Numbered from the stretch's first letter, positions 48,641 through 59,628 are shown. The stretch is DNA of 64,000 nucleotides from an uncultured Ruminococcus sp. (GCA_905233755.1 CAJODM010000010.1:18823-82822); one strand, 5' to 3'. Numbers and translations are program-made. The notes: generated from the letters alone by a model not told the origin.

Positions 48641-48961
48641 ATGATGAAGAAAGTTCACGTCAAGACCGGCGACACCGTCGTCATCCTGTCCGGCAAGGAC
48701 AAGGGCAAGAAGGGCACCGTTCTCGCGGTCTCGCCCAAGGAGGGCAAGGTCATCGTCGAGAAGGTCAACATGGTCCACAAGCACGTCAAGCCCCGCCGCA
48801 TGGGCGAGCCCGGCGGCATCATCGAGGCCGAGAGCGCGCTGTATGCGTCCAAGGTTCAGATCGTCTGCCCCCGCTGCAAGCAGCCGACCCGCATAGGTCA
48901 CAAGATCTATGAGGACGGCACCAAGGGCCGCGTCTGCAAGAAGTGCGGCGAAGCGCTGTAA
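48641..48961 (+). CDS. rplX: 50S ribosomal protein L24
   Basis: KOW motif GDTVVILSGKDKGK. Confidence 0.97.
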   Translation: MMKKVHVKTGDTVVILSGKDKGKKGTVLAVSPKEGKVIVEKVNMVHKHVKPRRMGEPGGIIEAESALYASKVQIVCPRCKQPTRIGHKIYEDGTKGRVCKKCGEAL

Positions 48962-48976
48962 GGAGGAGAGTTAGAA

Positions 48977-49516
48977 ATGGCAAGACTGAAGAAGTATTAT
49001 GCTCAAGAGGTTGCACCGGCTCTGATGAAGAAGTTCTCCTACAAGAGCGTGATGCAGATCCCCAAGCTCGACAAGATCGTCGTCAACGTCGGCGCCGGCG
49101 AGGTGAAGGATAACCCCAAGGCGATGGAGGCGATCCTCAAGGATCTCGCAGCCATCACCGGCCAGAAGCCCCTCATCTGCAAGGCGCGCAAGTCGGTTGC
49201 GAACTTCAAGCTGCGCGAGGGCATGAACATCGGCGCGAAGGTCACCCTGCGCGGCGAGCGTATGTACGAGTTCCTCGACCGGCTGTTCAACATCGCGCTG
49301 CCGCGCGTGCGCGACTTCCGCGGGATCAACCCCAACTCGTTCGACGGCAGAGGCAACTACGCGCTCGGTCTGCGCGAGCAGCTGATCTTCCCCGAGATCG
49401 ACTATGACAAGATCGACAAGGTGCGCGGGATGGACGTTGTGTTCGTCACCACCGCCAAGACCGATGAAGAAGCGCGCGAGCTGCTCACCCTGATGGGCGC
49501 TCCGTTCGCGAAGTAA
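48977..49516 (+). CDS. rplE: 50S ribosomal protein L5
   Basis: [24 protein letters not shown]. Confidence 0.98.
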   Translation: MARLKKYYAQEVAPALMKKFSYKSVMQIPKLDKIVVNVGAGEVKDNPKAMEAILKDLAAITGQKPLICKARKSVANFKLREGMNIGAKVTLRGERMYEFLDRLFNIALPRVRDFRGINPNSFDGRGNYALGLREQLIFPEIDYDKIDKVRGMDVVFVTTAKTDEEARELLTLMGAPFAK

Positions 49517-49528
49517 GGAGGGATTGTT

Positions 49529-49714
49529 GTGGCTAAGACTGCTATGAAGAACAAGCAGAAGAGAAAGCAGAAGTTCTCTACGCGCGAGTACACGCGCTGC
49601 AAGATTTGCGGTAGACCACACGCCTACCTTCGCAAGTTCGGCGTCTGCCGTATTTGCTTCCGCGAGCTCGCCTACAAGGGCGAGATCCCGGGCGTGAAGA
49701 AAGCCAGCTGGTAA
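49529..49714 (+). CDS. rpsN: 30S ribosomal protein S14, zinc-binding type Z
   Basis: CKICGR...CRICFR; GTG start. Confidence 0.97.
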   Translation: MAKTAMKNKQKRKQKFSTREYTRCKICGRPHAYLRKFGVCRICFRELAYKGEIPGVKKASW

Positions 49715-49733
49715 GCTAAGGAGGAGTTAAGTT

Positions 49734-50132
49734 ATGCAGATTACTGATACGATAGCTGATTTACTGACACGAATCCGTAACGCTAATTCAGCTAAGCACG
49801 ACACCGTTTTGATCCCGGCGTCCAACATGAAGAAGGCGATCTGCCAGATCCTTGTGGACGAGGGATATATCAAGTCCTTCTCCGTGGAGGAGGACGGCAA
49901 GCAGGGCATCATCACCGTCACCCTCAAGTATCTCGAGGGCAAGCAGCCGGTCATCCAGGGGCTGCGCCGCGTGTCGAAGCCCGGGCTGCGTATCTACTCT
50001 AACGTTGAGGATATGCCCAAGGTCATGAAGGGACTGGGCATCGCCATCATCTCGACCTCCAAGGGCGTGATGACCGACCGCGAAGCCAGAAAGCAGAACG
50101 TCGGCGGCGAGGTTCTCGCGTTCATTTGGTAA
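49734..50132 (+). CDS. rpsH: 30S ribosomal protein S8
   Basis: [17 protein letters not shown]. Confidence 0.98.
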   Translation: MQITDTIADLLTRIRNANSAKHDTVLIPASNMKKAICQILVDEGYIKSFSVEEDGKQGIITVTLKYLEGKQPVIQGLRRVSKPGLRIYSNVEDMPKVMKGLGIAIISTSKGVMTDREARKQNVGGEVLAFIW

Positions 50133-50144
50133 GGAGGTGCGACT

Positions 50145-50684
50145 ATGTCTCGAATTGGAAGAAAACCGATAAATATTCCCGCCGGCGTCGAGGTCAAGAC
50201 CGAGCCCGGTGTAGTGACCGTCAAGGGTCCCAAGGGTGAGCTGACCCAGAAGATCAGCCCCGCCATGACGGTCGAGATCAACGGGACCGAAGTCCTCGTC
50301 AAGCGTCCCAACGACGACAAGGAGAACCGCTCGCTCCACGGCCTGACCCGTTCGCTGATCAACAACATGGTCATCGGCGTCACCCAGGGCTACAAGAAGG
50401 AGCTCGAGGTCAACGGCGTCGGCTATCGTGTTCAGAAGCAGGGCAAGCAGCTCGTCATGAACATCGGCTACAGCCACCAGGTCGTCATGGAGGACACCGA
50501 GGATATCACCATCGAGGTTCCCAACCCCAACAGCATCGTCATCCACGGCATTGATAAGCAAAAGGTAGGTCAGTTTGCTGCCGAGGTCCGCGAGAAGCGC
50601 CCGCCGGAGCCCTACAAGGGTAAGGGTATCAAGTACGCCGGCGAGTATATCCGCCGCAAGGAAGGCAAGGCCGGCAAGGCCTAG
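50145..50684 (+). CDS. rplF: 50S ribosomal protein L6
   Basis: MSRIG, PEPYKGKG. Confidence 0.98.
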   Translation: MSRIGRKPINIPAGVEVKTEPGVVTVKGPKGELTQKISPAMTVEINGTEVLVKRPNDDKENRSLHGLTRSLINNMVIGVTQGYKKELEVNGVGYRVQKQGKQLVMNIGYSHQVVMEDTEDITIEVPNPNSIVIHGIDKQKVGQFAAEVREKRPPEPYKGKGIKYAGEYIRRKEGKAGKA

Positions 50685-50702
50685 TAAAGGAGTGAACAAC
50701 AT

Positions 50703-51053
50703 ATGGTAACAAGACCTGATTCTAAGGCCGCGCGCGCGATCCGTCACAAGAGAGTCCGCGGCAAAGTTAGCGGCACAGCCGAGTGTCCCCGCCTGTGTGT
50801 TTTCCGCTCCTCTAACAACATCTATGCCCAGATCATCGACGACGTAGCGGGCGTTACCCTCGCTGCTGCGTCCTCGCTCGGCATGGACAACGGCGGCAAC
50901 AAGGAGGGCGCGCGCGCTGTCGGCAAGCTCATCGCCGAGCGCGCCAAGAGCAAGAACATCACCGACGTCGTATTCGACAGAGGCGGTAACATCTACCACG
51001 GCCGTGTCAAAGAATTGGCCGAAGGCGCCCGCGAGGGCGGCCTCAACTTCTAA
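50703..51053 (+). CDS. rplR: 50S ribosomal protein L18
   Basis: [19 protein letters not shown]. Confidence 0.98.
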   Translation: MVTRPDSKAARAIRHKRVRGKVSGTAECPRLCVFRSSNNIYAQIIDDVAGVTLAAASSLGMDNGGNKEGARAVGKLIAERAKSKNITDVVFDRGGNIYHGRVKELAEGAREGGLNF

Positions 51054-51071
51054 GGATTGGAGGAACTGACT

Positions 51072-51572
51072 TTGGCTAATATTATAGACGCAAGCAAGCT
51101 GGAACTCACCGAGCACGTTGTCGCAATCAACCGCGTCAGCAAGACCGTCAAGGGCGGCCGCGTGATGAAGTTCGCCGCGCTGGTCGTCGTGGGCGACGGC
51201 AACGGGATCGTCGGGTTCGGCATCGGCAAGGCAGGCGAGGTTCCCGACGCTATCCGCAAGGGCATCGAGGACGCCAAGAAGCACCTCATGACCGTCTCTC
51301 TCAAGGGGACCACCATCCCGCACGAGATCATCGGCGAGTACGGCGCGGGCCGCGTTCTCATGAAGCCCGCCGCCCCCGGTACCGGCGTCATCGCCGGCGG
51401 CCCGGTGCGTGCCGTTGTCGAAGCGGTCGGTATCCAGGATATCCGTACCAAGGCGCTGCGCTCCAACAACCCGTGCAACGTCGTTCGCGCTACTCTGCAG
51501 GGACTCGGTGCGCTGCGCACCGCCGACGAGGTCGCGCGTGTCCGCGGCAAATCCGTCAAAGAGATTCTGTAA
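51072..51572 (+). CDS. rpsE: 30S ribosomal protein S5
   Basis: [20 protein letters not shown]; TTG start behind GGAGG. Confidence 0.96.
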   Translation: MANIIDASKLELTEHVVAINRVSKTVKGGRVMKFAALVVVGDGNGIVGFGIGKAGEVPDAIRKGIEDAKKHLMTVSLKGTTIPHEIIGEYGAGRVLMKPAAPGTGVIAGGPVRAVVEAVGIQDIRTKALRSNNPCNVVRATLQGLGALRTADEVARVRGKSVKEIL

Positions 51573-51583
51573 GGAGGTTCACG

Positions 51584-51754
51584 ATGAAGATTACACTGGT
51601 AAAAAGCCTCATCGGCTCCAAGCAGGATCAGATCGCTACCGCCCATGCGCTGGGACTTCGCAAGATCGGCGACACCACCGAGCAGCCCGATAACCCCGCC
51701 ACCCGCGGCAAGGTCAACAAGATTATCCACCTCATCGTGGTTGAAGAGAACTAA
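51584..51754 (+). CDS. rpmD: 50S ribosomal protein L30
   Basis: [10 protein letters not shown]...LGLRKI; AGGAGG RBS. Confidence 0.96.
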   Translation: MKITLVKSLIGSKQDQIATAHALGLRKIGDTTEQPDNPATRGKVNKIIHLIVVEEN

Positions 51755-51766
51755 GGAGGTGCGCGT

Positions 51767-52207
51767 ATGAAATTGCATGAGTTATCCCCCGCAGAGGGTT
51801 CCAAGCGCGACGTCAAGCGTATCGGCCGCGGCCACGGCTCCGGCTGGGGCAAGACCGCCGGCAAGGGTCACAAGGGTCAGAAGGCCCGCTCCGGAAGCGG
51901 CATGAGACCCGGCTTTGAGGGCGGCCAGATGCCGTTGCAGCGCCGTCTGCCCAAGCGCGGCTTCAACAACATCTTCCGCAAGAACACCGTCACCGTCAAC
52001 CTCGGCACCCTCAACCGGTTCGAGGACGGCGCCACCGTCGACATCGCGGCTCTGTGCGATAAGGGCATCGTCAAGAATTCCTTTGATGCCGTCAAGATTC
52101 TTTCGAACGGTACCCTCCAGAAGAAGCTCACCGTCTGCGCCAACGCGTTCAGCGCCGGCGCTAAGGAGAAGATCGAGGCAGCCGGCGGGAAGGCAGAGGT
52201 GGTCTAA
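51767..52207 (+). CDS. rplO: 50S ribosomal protein L15
   Basis: [19 protein letters not shown]. Confidence 0.98.
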   Translation: MKLHELSPAEGSKRDVKRIGRGHGSGWGKTAGKGHKGQKARSGSGMRPGFEGGQMPLQRRLPKRGFNNIFRKNTVTVNLGTLNRFEDGATVDIAALCDKGIVKNSFDAVKILSNGTLQKKLTVCANAFSAGAKEKIEAAGGKAEVV

Positions 52208-53533
52208 TTGTTCAAAACCATCAGAAACGCTTGGTCCATCCCGGACCTGCGCCGAAAGATCCTGTTCACCCTGATGATCGTCGTCATCTTCCGTATCGGT
52301 TCGGTCATCCCCGTCCCGTTTCTGAACATGGAGGCGCTGCACACCGTCCTCTCGCCCGACGGGCTGGAGGATACGCTGGTCGGCTATCTGAACACCCTCT
52401 CGGGCGGCGCGTTCTCGAACGCGACCATCTTTGCGATGGGTATCACCCCGTATATCAACAGCTCCATCATCATGCAGCTGCTGTGCGTGGCGATCCCTCC
52501 GCTCGAGCGCCTCTCTAAGGAGGGCGAAGAGGGCCGCCGCAAGATCGCTGCCATCACCCGCTATGTCACCGTCGTGCTGGGTCTGATCCAGGGTACCGCG
52601 TACTTCTTCTATCTGAAGAACCAGACCGACGACAACGGCAACACCATCGCGATGTACACCTCCGGGTTCTCGATGTGGTTTGCGGCGATCGCCATCATCC
52701 TGTGCTTCACCGCCGGTACGGCGCTCATCATGTGGCTGGGTGAGCAGATCAACAAGAACGGCATCGGCAACGGCATCTCGATCCTGCTGTTCGCAGGTAT
52801 CGTCGCCCGTCTGCCCTATACCGTCAACATCCTCTCCCGCTACTGGCAGACCGCTGTCGAGGGCAACACCCGTTACTTTGTGTTTGTCCCGCTGTGGGTG
52901 CTGCTGTTCCTCGGCGTCATCTGGGTCATCACCTTCATGCAGGACGCGGAACGCCGCATCCCGATCCAGTACGCCAAGCGTGTTGTCGGTCGCAAGATGT
53001 ACGGCGGCCAGTCCACCTATCTGCCGATCAAGGTCGCGCTGGGTGGCGTTATGCCGATCATCTTTGCCTCTTCTATCCTTTCTATTCCGTCTACGATCCA
53101 GCTGTTTGTCAACCCCCCCGAGGGCGGCTTCTGGGATAAGTTCTTCGATGCGTTCTCGACGTCGGGCTGGCTGTACGCCGTGCTGTACTTTGTGCTGATA
53201 CTGGCGTTCGCCTACTTCTACACCACGATCCAGTACAACCCCATCGAGATGGCGAACAACCTAAAGCAGAACAACGGCACCGTCCCCGGCATCCGTCCGG
53301 GACGTCCCACAGCTGACTTTATCGCGAAGATCCTGTCGCGCATCACCCTGATCGGCGCCCTCTTTCTGGCGGTCATCGCGCTGTTCCCGATCCTGTATTC
53401 GGACATCACGGCGATGGGCGGTCTGTCGATGGGCGGTACCTCCGTCATCATTATCGTCGGCGTTGCCCTCGATACTGCCAAGCAGCTCGAGAGCCAGATG
53501 ATGATGCGTCACTACAAGGGCTTCCTTGATTAA
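52208..53533 (+). CDS. secY: Preprotein translocase SecY
   Basis: GITPYINSSII, GIGNGIS, PGIRPG; ten TM helices. Confidence 0.98.
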   Translation: MFKTIRNAWSIPDLRRKILFTLMIVVIFRIGSVIPVPFLNMEALHTVLSPDGLEDTLVGYLNTLSGGAFSNATIFAMGITPYINSSIIMQLLCVAIPPLERLSKEGEEGRRKIAAITRYVTVVLGLIQGTAYFFYLKNQTDDNGNTIAMYTSGFSMWFAAIAIILCFTAGTALIMWLGEQINKNGIGNGISILLFAGIVARLPYTVNILSRYWQTAVEGNTRYFVFVPLWVLLFLGVIWVITFMQDAERRIPIQYAKRVVGRKMYGGQSTYLPIKVALGGVMPIIFASSILSIPSTIQLFVNPPEGGFWDKFFDAFSTSGWLYAVLYFVLILAFAYFYTTIQYNPIEMANNLKQNNGTVPGIRPGRPTADFIAKILSRITLIGALFLAVIALFPILYSDITAMGGLSMGGTSVIIIVGVALDTAKQLESQMMMRHYKGFLD

Positions 53534-53543
53534 GGAGTAGAAC

Positions 53544-54176
53544 ATGAAACTTATCCTGTTAGGCGCTCCCGGTGCGGGCAAGGGTACCCAAGCCGCCGTC
53601 ATCAGCGAACGCCTGAATATCCCCCAGATCAGCACGGGTAACATCATCCGTGCCGCGCTGAAGAGCGGTACTGAGATGGGACTGAAGGCAAAGTCCTTCA
53701 TCGACGCGGGCAAGCTCGTTCCCGACGATGTCGTCATCGGCATCATCAAGGAGCGGCTGTCTGAGGATGACTGTGAGAACGGCTTCATCCTTGACGGCTT
53801 TCCGCGGACCATCCCCCAGGCCGAGGCGCTGGACGAGATGGGTATCGCGATCGACAAGGTCATCGACATCGAGGTCGACGACAGCGTGATCGTGAACCGC
53901 CTGTCCGGCCGCCGCGTGTGTGAGAAGTGCGGCAGACCCTATCATACCGAGAGCTTGCGCCCCAAGGTAGACGGGATCTGCGACGACTGCACAGGCGCCC
54001 TTATTCAGCGCAAGGACGACCATCCTGACACCGTCAAGGCGCGTCTCGAGATCTATCATACCGAGACCGAGCCGTTAAAGGGCTACTATGAGAAGCAGGG
54101 CAAGCTGACCGTCGTCGAGGGTCAGAGCACCGTCGACGACACCACCGTGCTTGTCATGAAGGCACTGGAAGCGTAG
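53544..54176 (+). CDS. adk: Adenylate kinase
   Basis: GAPGAGKGTQ, DGFPRT, zinc LID cysteines. Confidence 0.98.
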   Translation: MKLILLGAPGAGKGTQAAVISERLNIPQISTGNIIRAALKSGTEMGLKAKSFIDAGKLVPDDVVIGIIKERLSEDDCENGFILDGFPRTIPQAEALDEMGIAIDKVIDIEVDDSVIVNRLSGRRVCEKCGRPYHTESLRPKVDGICDDCTGALIQRKDDHPDTVKARLEIYHTETEPLKGYYEKQGKLTVVEGQSTVDDTTVLVMKALEA

Positions 54177-54177
54177 C

Positions 54178-54927
54178 ATGATCGTTGTCAAGACCACACG
54201 CGAAATCAACATGATGCAGGACGCGTGTACGCTGTCCGCGCGAGCGCTCAAGCTCGCCGGAGAGATGGTCGAACCGGGCGTCTCTACCTATGAGATCGAC
54301 GCCGCCGTGAAGAACTATATCGAGGGCGAGGGCGGGGTGCCCTCCACCCTCGGTTACGGCGGCTACCCGGCGAGCACCTGTATCTCCGTGAACAGCGTGG
54401 TAGTCCATGGCATACCCAGCAAGAAGACCATCCTTCGTTCGGGCGATATCGTCTCGATCGACATCTGTGCGTACCTCAACGGGTACCACGGCGATAACGC
54501 CTGCACCTATGCCTGCGGAGCGATCAGCGAACAGGCACAGCGGCTGCTCTCTGCGACGAAGGAATGCCTCTATCAGGGGATCGCTGCAGCGCAGGCGGGA
54601 CATCGCGTCGGCGATATCAGCAGCGCTGTACAACGGTATGCCGAAGCTCGCAGCTACTCGGTGGTACGGGATTTTACCGGCCACGGCGTAGGTGCGAAAC
54701 TGCACGAAGAACCCAGTATACCGAATTTCGGTACTCCCGGACGGGGCCCGCGCCTCATCCCGGGCATGACTCTCGCGATCGAACCGATGATCACCGCGGG
54801 GGACTATCACACCCGAACGCTCTCGGACGGCTGGACAGCCGTCACGGTGGACGGCTCGCTGGCCGCTCACTTCGAGCATACGGTGTGCATCACCCCCGAC
54901 GGCGCCCGCATCATGACCATCCCGTAA
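54178..54927 (+). CDS. map: Methionine aminopeptidase type I
   Basis: VVHGIP, GHGVG..LHEEP, IEPM, HFEHT. Confidence 0.97.
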   Translation: MIVVKTTREINMMQDACTLSARALKLAGEMVEPGVSTYEIDAAVKNYIEGEGGVPSTLGYGGYPASTCISVNSVVVHGIPSKKTILRSGDIVSIDICAYLNGYHGDNACTYACGAISEQAQRLLSATKECLYQGIAAAQAGHRVGDISSAVQRYAEARSYSVVRDFTGHGVGAKLHEEPSIPNFGTPGRGPRLIPGMTLAIEPMITAGDYHTRTLSDGWTAVTVDGSLAAHFEHTVCITPDGARIMTIP

Positions 54928-54937
54928 GAGGTGCGTT

Positions 54938-55180
54938 ATGCTGAAGAAGGGCACTGTCGTCATCGCCAAGGCGGGCAAGGACAAGGGCGGCGTGTTTGCC
55001 GTGATCGAGATTCTCGATGAGCGCTATGTGCTCATCGCCGACGGCCGTCACCGCACGCTCAATAGCCCCAAGAAGAAGAACATCTCCCACCTCAGGCGCA
55101 CGAACGTCATCATCGACCCGGTCACGACCGACCGACAGCTCAGGACTATGCTAAGAGATTTTCATCAGGAGGTTAAGTGA
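54938..55180 (+). CDS. KOW-motif RNA-binding protein (L14e-like)
   Basis: AGKDKG...IADG...PKKKN; conserved map-infA position. Confidence 0.88.
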   Translation: MLKKGTVVIAKAGKDKGGVFAVIEILDERYVLIADGRHRTLNSPKKKNISHLRRTNVIIDPVTTDRQLRTMLRDFHQEVK

Positions 55181-55398
55181 TGTCCAAGCAGGATGTTATC
55201 GAAATCGAAGGTATCGTCACCGAAGCTCTGCCGAACGCCCAGTTCAACGTCGAGCTTCAAAACGGCCACAAGATCCTCGCCGTCATCTCCGGCAAGCTGA
55301 GGATGAACTTCATCCGCATCCTTCCGGGCGACAAGGTCACGGTGGAGATGTCCCCGTATGACCTCACCCGCGGCCGGATCACGTGGAGAACCAAGTAA
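55180..55398 (+). CDS. infA: Translation initiation factor IF-1
   Basis: [16 protein letters not shown]. Confidence 0.98.
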   Translation: MSKQDVIEIEGIVTEALPNAQFNVELQNGHKILAVISGKLRMNFIRILPGDKVTVEMSPYDLTRGRITWRTK

Positions 55399-55457
55399 TC
55401 ACGTTATCACGAGTATCGCCTTATGGCGAAAAACCCCAAGGAAAGGAATGATATTTT

Positions 55458-55571
55458 ATGAAAGTCAGACCTTCAGTGAAGAAAATGTGTGAGAAGTGCA
55501 AGATCATCAAGCGCAAGGGCAAGATCATGGTCATCTGTGAGAACCCCAAGCATAAGCAGCGCCAGGGCTGA
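55458..55571 (+). CDS. rpmJ: 50S ribosomal protein L36 (absent from ORF track)
   Basis: [37 protein letters not shown] read directly. Confidence 0.97.
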   Translation: MKVRPSVKKMCEKCKIIKRKGKIMVICENPKHKQRQG

Positions 55572-55630
55572 TCGGCAACTATTCTAGCACAAAGTATTAT
55601 TATTTGAAATTTATGATGGAGGTGCACTAA

Positions 55631-55999
55631 ATGGCTCGTATAGCAGGTGTTGACTTACCCAGAGATAAGAGAGTCGAGATCGGACTCACCTATATCTACG
55701 GTATCGGTCGTAAAACTGCAACAGACATTATTGCTGCAACAGGGGTCAATCCCGACACCCGTGTCCGCGATCTGACCGAAGAAGACGTATCCAAACTCAG
55801 AGAGTATATCGACCATAACTGCCGCGTGGAGGGTGATCTGCGCCGTGACGTCGCTTTTGATATCAAGCGGCTCATCGAGATCGGCTCCTACCGCGGTGTC
55901 CGCCACAGAAAAGGACTGCCCGTCAGAGGCCAGCGCAGCAAGACCAACGCCAGAACCCGCAAAGGCCCCCGCAAGACGATGGCTAACAAGAAGAAGTAA
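55631..55999 (+). CDS. rpsM: 30S ribosomal protein S13
   Basis: [22 protein letters not shown]. Confidence 0.98.
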   Translation: MARIAGVDLPRDKRVEIGLTYIYGIGRKTATDIIAATGVNPDTRVRDLTEEDVSKLREYIDHNCRVEGDLRRDVAFDIKRLIEIGSYRGVRHRKGLPVRGQRSKTNARTRKGPRKTMANKKK

Positions 56000-56014
56000 G
56001 GGAGGACATAGTAT

Positions 56015-56416
<402 letters not shown>

Positions 56417-56437
56417 CAGAACAAGGAGGATATCAGT

Positions 56438-57037
56438 ATGGCTAAGAACACCCAGCCCATTGCGAAGCGGTGCCGCGCGCTCGGCATCTCTCCGGCTGTG
56501 ATGGGCTATTCGAAGAAGACCTCTAACCGCAACCCCGGCGGCAAGATGAGAAGAAAGCAGTCCGAGTACGGCCGTCAGCTCACCGAGAAGCAGAAGGTGA
56601 AGTTCGTCTACGGCGTGCTCGAGAAGCAGTTCCGTATGTACTATGAGAAGGCGGAGAAGATGGAGGGCAAGACCGGTGAGAACCTGCTGTCCCTGGTCGA
56701 GCGTCGGCTTGACAACGTCGTGTTCCGTCTGGGGCTTGCGCGCACCCGCCGTGAGGCGCGCCAGCTCGTCAACCATGCCCACTATACCGTCAACGGCAAG
56801 AAGGTCAACATCCCGTCGTATCTGGTCAAGGTCGGCGATGTGATCGCTGTGTCCGACGGCTCTAAGAGCTCTGCATATTTCAAGGCATTGGCCGAGGGCG
56901 AAGGTGCCGCTCCTGTCATTCCGAAATGGCTCGAGACCACCGACAGCTTCTCCGGTAAGGTTATCGCTGCGCCCGCGCGCGACGATATCGACTTCCCTGT
57001 CGAGGAACACCTCATCGTCGAGCTGTACTCCAAGTAA
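56438..57037 (+). CDS. rpsD: 30S ribosomal protein S4
   Basis: SEYGRQL.EKQK, RRLDNVVFR. Confidence 0.98.
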   Translation: MAKNTQPIAKRCRALGISPAVMGYSKKTSNRNPGGKMRRKQSEYGRQLTEKQKVKFVYGVLEKQFRMYYEKAEKMEGKTGENLLSLVERRLDNVVFRLGLARTRREARQLVNHAHYTVNGKKVNIPSYLVKVGDVIAVSDGSKSSAYFKALAEGEGAAPVIPKWLETTDSFSGKVIAAPARDDIDFPVEEHLIVELYSK

Positions 57038-57144
57038 TTGTCAGACAGGTCCCGCGAAGGACGCATCTGCATGGGTCGGGCGGCATGACGCTGTCCGGCG
57101 GCTCTGCTGATGCAGAGCAGAAATAGAATAAGGAGGATTCGCCA

Positions 57145-58098
57145 ATGATTGAGATAGAAAAACCCAGGATTGATACAGAAGAGTTATCCCCCGACGGCAA
57201 GTACGGCAGGTTTGTCGTAGAACCGCTTGAGCGCGGATTCGGCAACACGCTGGGCAACTCGCTGCGCCGCGTTCTGCTCTCCTCCCTCGAGGGCGTGGCC
57301 GTCACCTCCATCAAGGTGGACGGCGTGCTCCACGAGTTCTCCACGATCGAAGGTGTCAAGGAAGACATGACCGAGATCGTGCTGAACATGAAGTCCCTCG
57401 TCGCCAAGCTCCACTCCAACGGCCCCAAGATGGTCGAGATCTCGGCCGAGGGTCCGTGCGAGGTGACCGCCGAGAGCATCAAGTGTGACAGCGAGGTCGA
57501 GATCCTCAACCCCGAGCTGCATATCGCCTCGCTCGCCGACGGCGCCAAGCTCTCGATGGAGATCACCCTCGACAAGGGTCGCGGCTATATCCCCGCCGAG
57601 CGCAACAAGCTCATCGCGGGCAACGAGATCATCGGTGTGCTGCCGGTCGACTCGATCTACACGCCGGTGCTCAAGGTGAACTACACCGTTGACAACACCC
57701 GCGTCGGCCAGATCACCGACTATGACAAGCTCACCCTCTCGGTCTGGACGAACGGCGTCATCAACGCTCAGGAGGCGGTCTCGCTGGCTGCCAAGGTGCT
57801 CACCGAGCATCTGAACCTGTTCGTGAACCTCTCTGACCACGGCTACAACACCGAGATCATGGTCGAGAAGGACGACAAGGGCAAGGAGAAGGTGCTCGAG
57901 ATGACGATCGAAGAGCTCGACCTGTCCGTGCGCTCGTTCAACTGCCTCAAGCGCGCCGGTATCAACACCGTCGAAGACCTCATCAGCAAGTCCGAGGAGG
58001 ATATGATGAAGGTCCGCAACCTCGGCCGCAAATCGCTCGAAGAGGTTGTCTACAAGCTGGATACACTTGGCTTCAGTCTCCGCAAGGAAGACGAATAA
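57145..58098 (+). CDS. rpoA: RNA polymerase alpha subunit
   Basis: [31 protein letters not shown]. Confidence 0.98.
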   Translation: MIEIEKPRIDTEELSPDGKYGRFVVEPLERGFGNTLGNSLRRVLLSSLEGVAVTSIKVDGVLHEFSTIEGVKEDMTEIVLNMKSLVAKLHSNGPKMVEISAEGPCEVTAESIKCDSEVEILNPELHIASLADGAKLSMEITLDKGRGYIPAERNKLIAGNEIIGVLPVDSIYTPVLKVNYTVDNTRVGQITDYDKLTLSVWTNGVINAQEAVSLAAKVLTEHLNLFVNLSDHGYNTEIMVEKDDKGKEKVLEMTIEELDLSVRSFNCLKRAGINTVEDLISKSEEDMMKVRNLGRKSLEEVVYKLDTLGFSLRKEDE

Positions 58099-58122
58099 TT
58101 TATACGAAAAGGAGTGATATAG

Positions 58123-58464
58123 ATGCCGGGTACTAGAAAACTGGGCAGAGCGACCGACGCGCGTCTGGCGATGCTGCGCGCTCTCGTCACGTTCTTGTTC
58201 GAGAACGGCAAGATCGAAACTACCCTCTCACGTGCGAAGGAGGTCGCCTCCCTCTCTGAGAAGATGATCACGATCGCGAAGAAGGATACCCTCGCGAGCA
58301 AGCGTCAGCTCATGGCGTTCATCACCAAGGAGGACGTCGCGACCAAGCTCATCAAGGAGATCGCGCCGAAGTACGCCGACCGCAACGGCGGCTACACCCG
58401 CATCACGAAGATCGGTCCCCGCCGCGGCGACGCCGCCGAAATGGCGATTATCGAACTGATCTGA
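58123..58464 (+). CDS. rplQ: 50S ribosomal protein L17
   Basis: [19 protein letters not shown]. Confidence 0.98.
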   Translation: MPGTRKLGRATDARLAMLRALVTFLFENGKIETTLSRAKEVASLSEKMITIAKKDTLASKRQLMAFITKEDVATKLIKEIAPKYADRNGGYTRITKIGPRRGDAAEMAIIELI

Positions 58465-58478
58465 GAATCTGAGAATAT

Positions 58479-58509
58479 GCCCATCCGTCCGCGGGTGGGC
58501 TATTTTTTT
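58479..58509 (+). terminator. rplQ terminator
   Basis: GCCCATCC/GGGTGGGC followed by T7. Confidence 0.9.
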
Positions 58510-58697
58510 AGTGAATAGTGAATGGTGAAGAGTGAAGAGTTGCGGGAAACCCCTTCGGGGCTTTGGATTTCTAGAATAGGAATACCTATGTCCGGGTCAT
58601 CCTGAATGGAGCGTAGCGACATGAAGGATCTGAGCGCACAGGTGTTGCTATCCACTGTACCGCCGCAGGGATAACGCCGTCGGTGTACTAAGAATCT

Positions 58698-59438
58698 TCA
58701 CTTCACTCTGTTTTCGATTTGCGGTCGTCCTGCTGTGAGGATGCTTTTTGCAAGCTTGACGAACGCGGCGGTCTCGTCCGGTGTACAGTATCGCGGGCTG
58801 CCGCGCTTCTGATGCTCGTCTGTTCCGCTCGGGTCATCCCATACCCCCGATGGCTCCTCTTGATCCATCCACAGCTCATCGACCGATACATGCGTCTGTG
58901 TCGGGGAGGAATATTCTTTAGGTTCTTCTCCTTTTGAAGAAGCTAAAGAATATTCCGATATGATATCTTCATATTCTTTATCTTCTTCTTCTTCTTTTTC
59001 TTTTTCTTTTTCTTGGTTGTTGGGGGTTGTTTTGGATTCAAGGGGGGTTGTTTTGGATTCAAGGGGGGTTGTTTTGGATTCAAGGGGGGTTGTTTTGGAT
59101 TCAAGGGGGGTTGTTTTAGATTCAACGGGGGTTGTTTTTCGGTTGTTTTTGGAGGATGTTTTGGCGTTCTGATTCCCTTTGGACGCGCCGCCCTTTTTCC
59201 CGTTCTCAACGGATGTGAAGTAGCGCAGATAGTCGCGGTCGATCTGAGCCGACAGCAGGTCGAACATCACAGTGACGATCGTGTCGCTGTCATCGAGGAC
59301 GACCCCGTCGGTCACATAGGCGAACAGCGCCTTGTACAGCTGCCCTGCCTGCGCGTCTGTCAGCCGGCTGATCGCGCGGTGGGAATCAAGATAGCAGATG
59401 AAGTAGGGCGGTCGCTTGTCGGATGTGAGGTGGTTCAT
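58698..59438 (-). CDS. Orphan phage replisome-organiser-like protein (DUF6291-like N-terminus) with ESKTTPL repeats
   Basis: LTDAQAGQLYKALFAY...IDRD..RY...ENGKKGG pattern; strong AAAGGAG RBS before ATG 59438. Confidence 0.7.
   Translation of the reverse strand: MNHLTSDKRPPYFICYLDSHRAISRLTDAQAGQLYKALFAYVTDGVVLDDSDTIVTVMFDLLSAQIDRDYLRYFTSVENGKKGGASKGNQNAKTSSKNNRKTTPVESKTTPLESKTTPLESKTTPLESKTTPLESKTTPNNQEKEKEKEEEEDKEYEDIISEYSLASSKGEEPKEYSSPTQTHVSVDELWMDQEEPSGVWDDPSGTDEHQKRGSPRYCTPDETAAFVKLAKSILTAGRPQIENRVK
59022..59138. repeat. 21-bp tandem repeat, five copies plus a partial, inside the CDS
   Basis: GGGGGTTGTTTTGGATTCAAG, four identical copies and one with two changes. Confidence 0.95.
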
Positions 59439-59475
59439 AGTTAATTCTCCTTTCACCTATGGCGCAAAAAGAGAA

Positions 59476-59501
59476 AAAGTTGCATACTATTATGCAACTT
59501 T
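59476..59501. promoter_or_regulatory. Perfect 11-4-11 palindrome upstream of orphan gene
   Basis: AAAGTTGCATA-CTAT-TATGCAACTTT. Confidence 0.55.
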
Positions 59502-59628
59502 CGGAAAAATGTTTGAAGTTTCTAATCTTCATTCTTCTCTCGTCACTATACTTTCACCATTCAAAACCCAATCGGGTGCGGGTGTCCCGCCCACAACCTC
59601 TTCATTCTTCAATCTTCACTCTTCACTG

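Noticed and set aside
58698-59438. Prophage
   Set aside because: Single phage-like gene; no integrase, structural, lysis or partner replication genes
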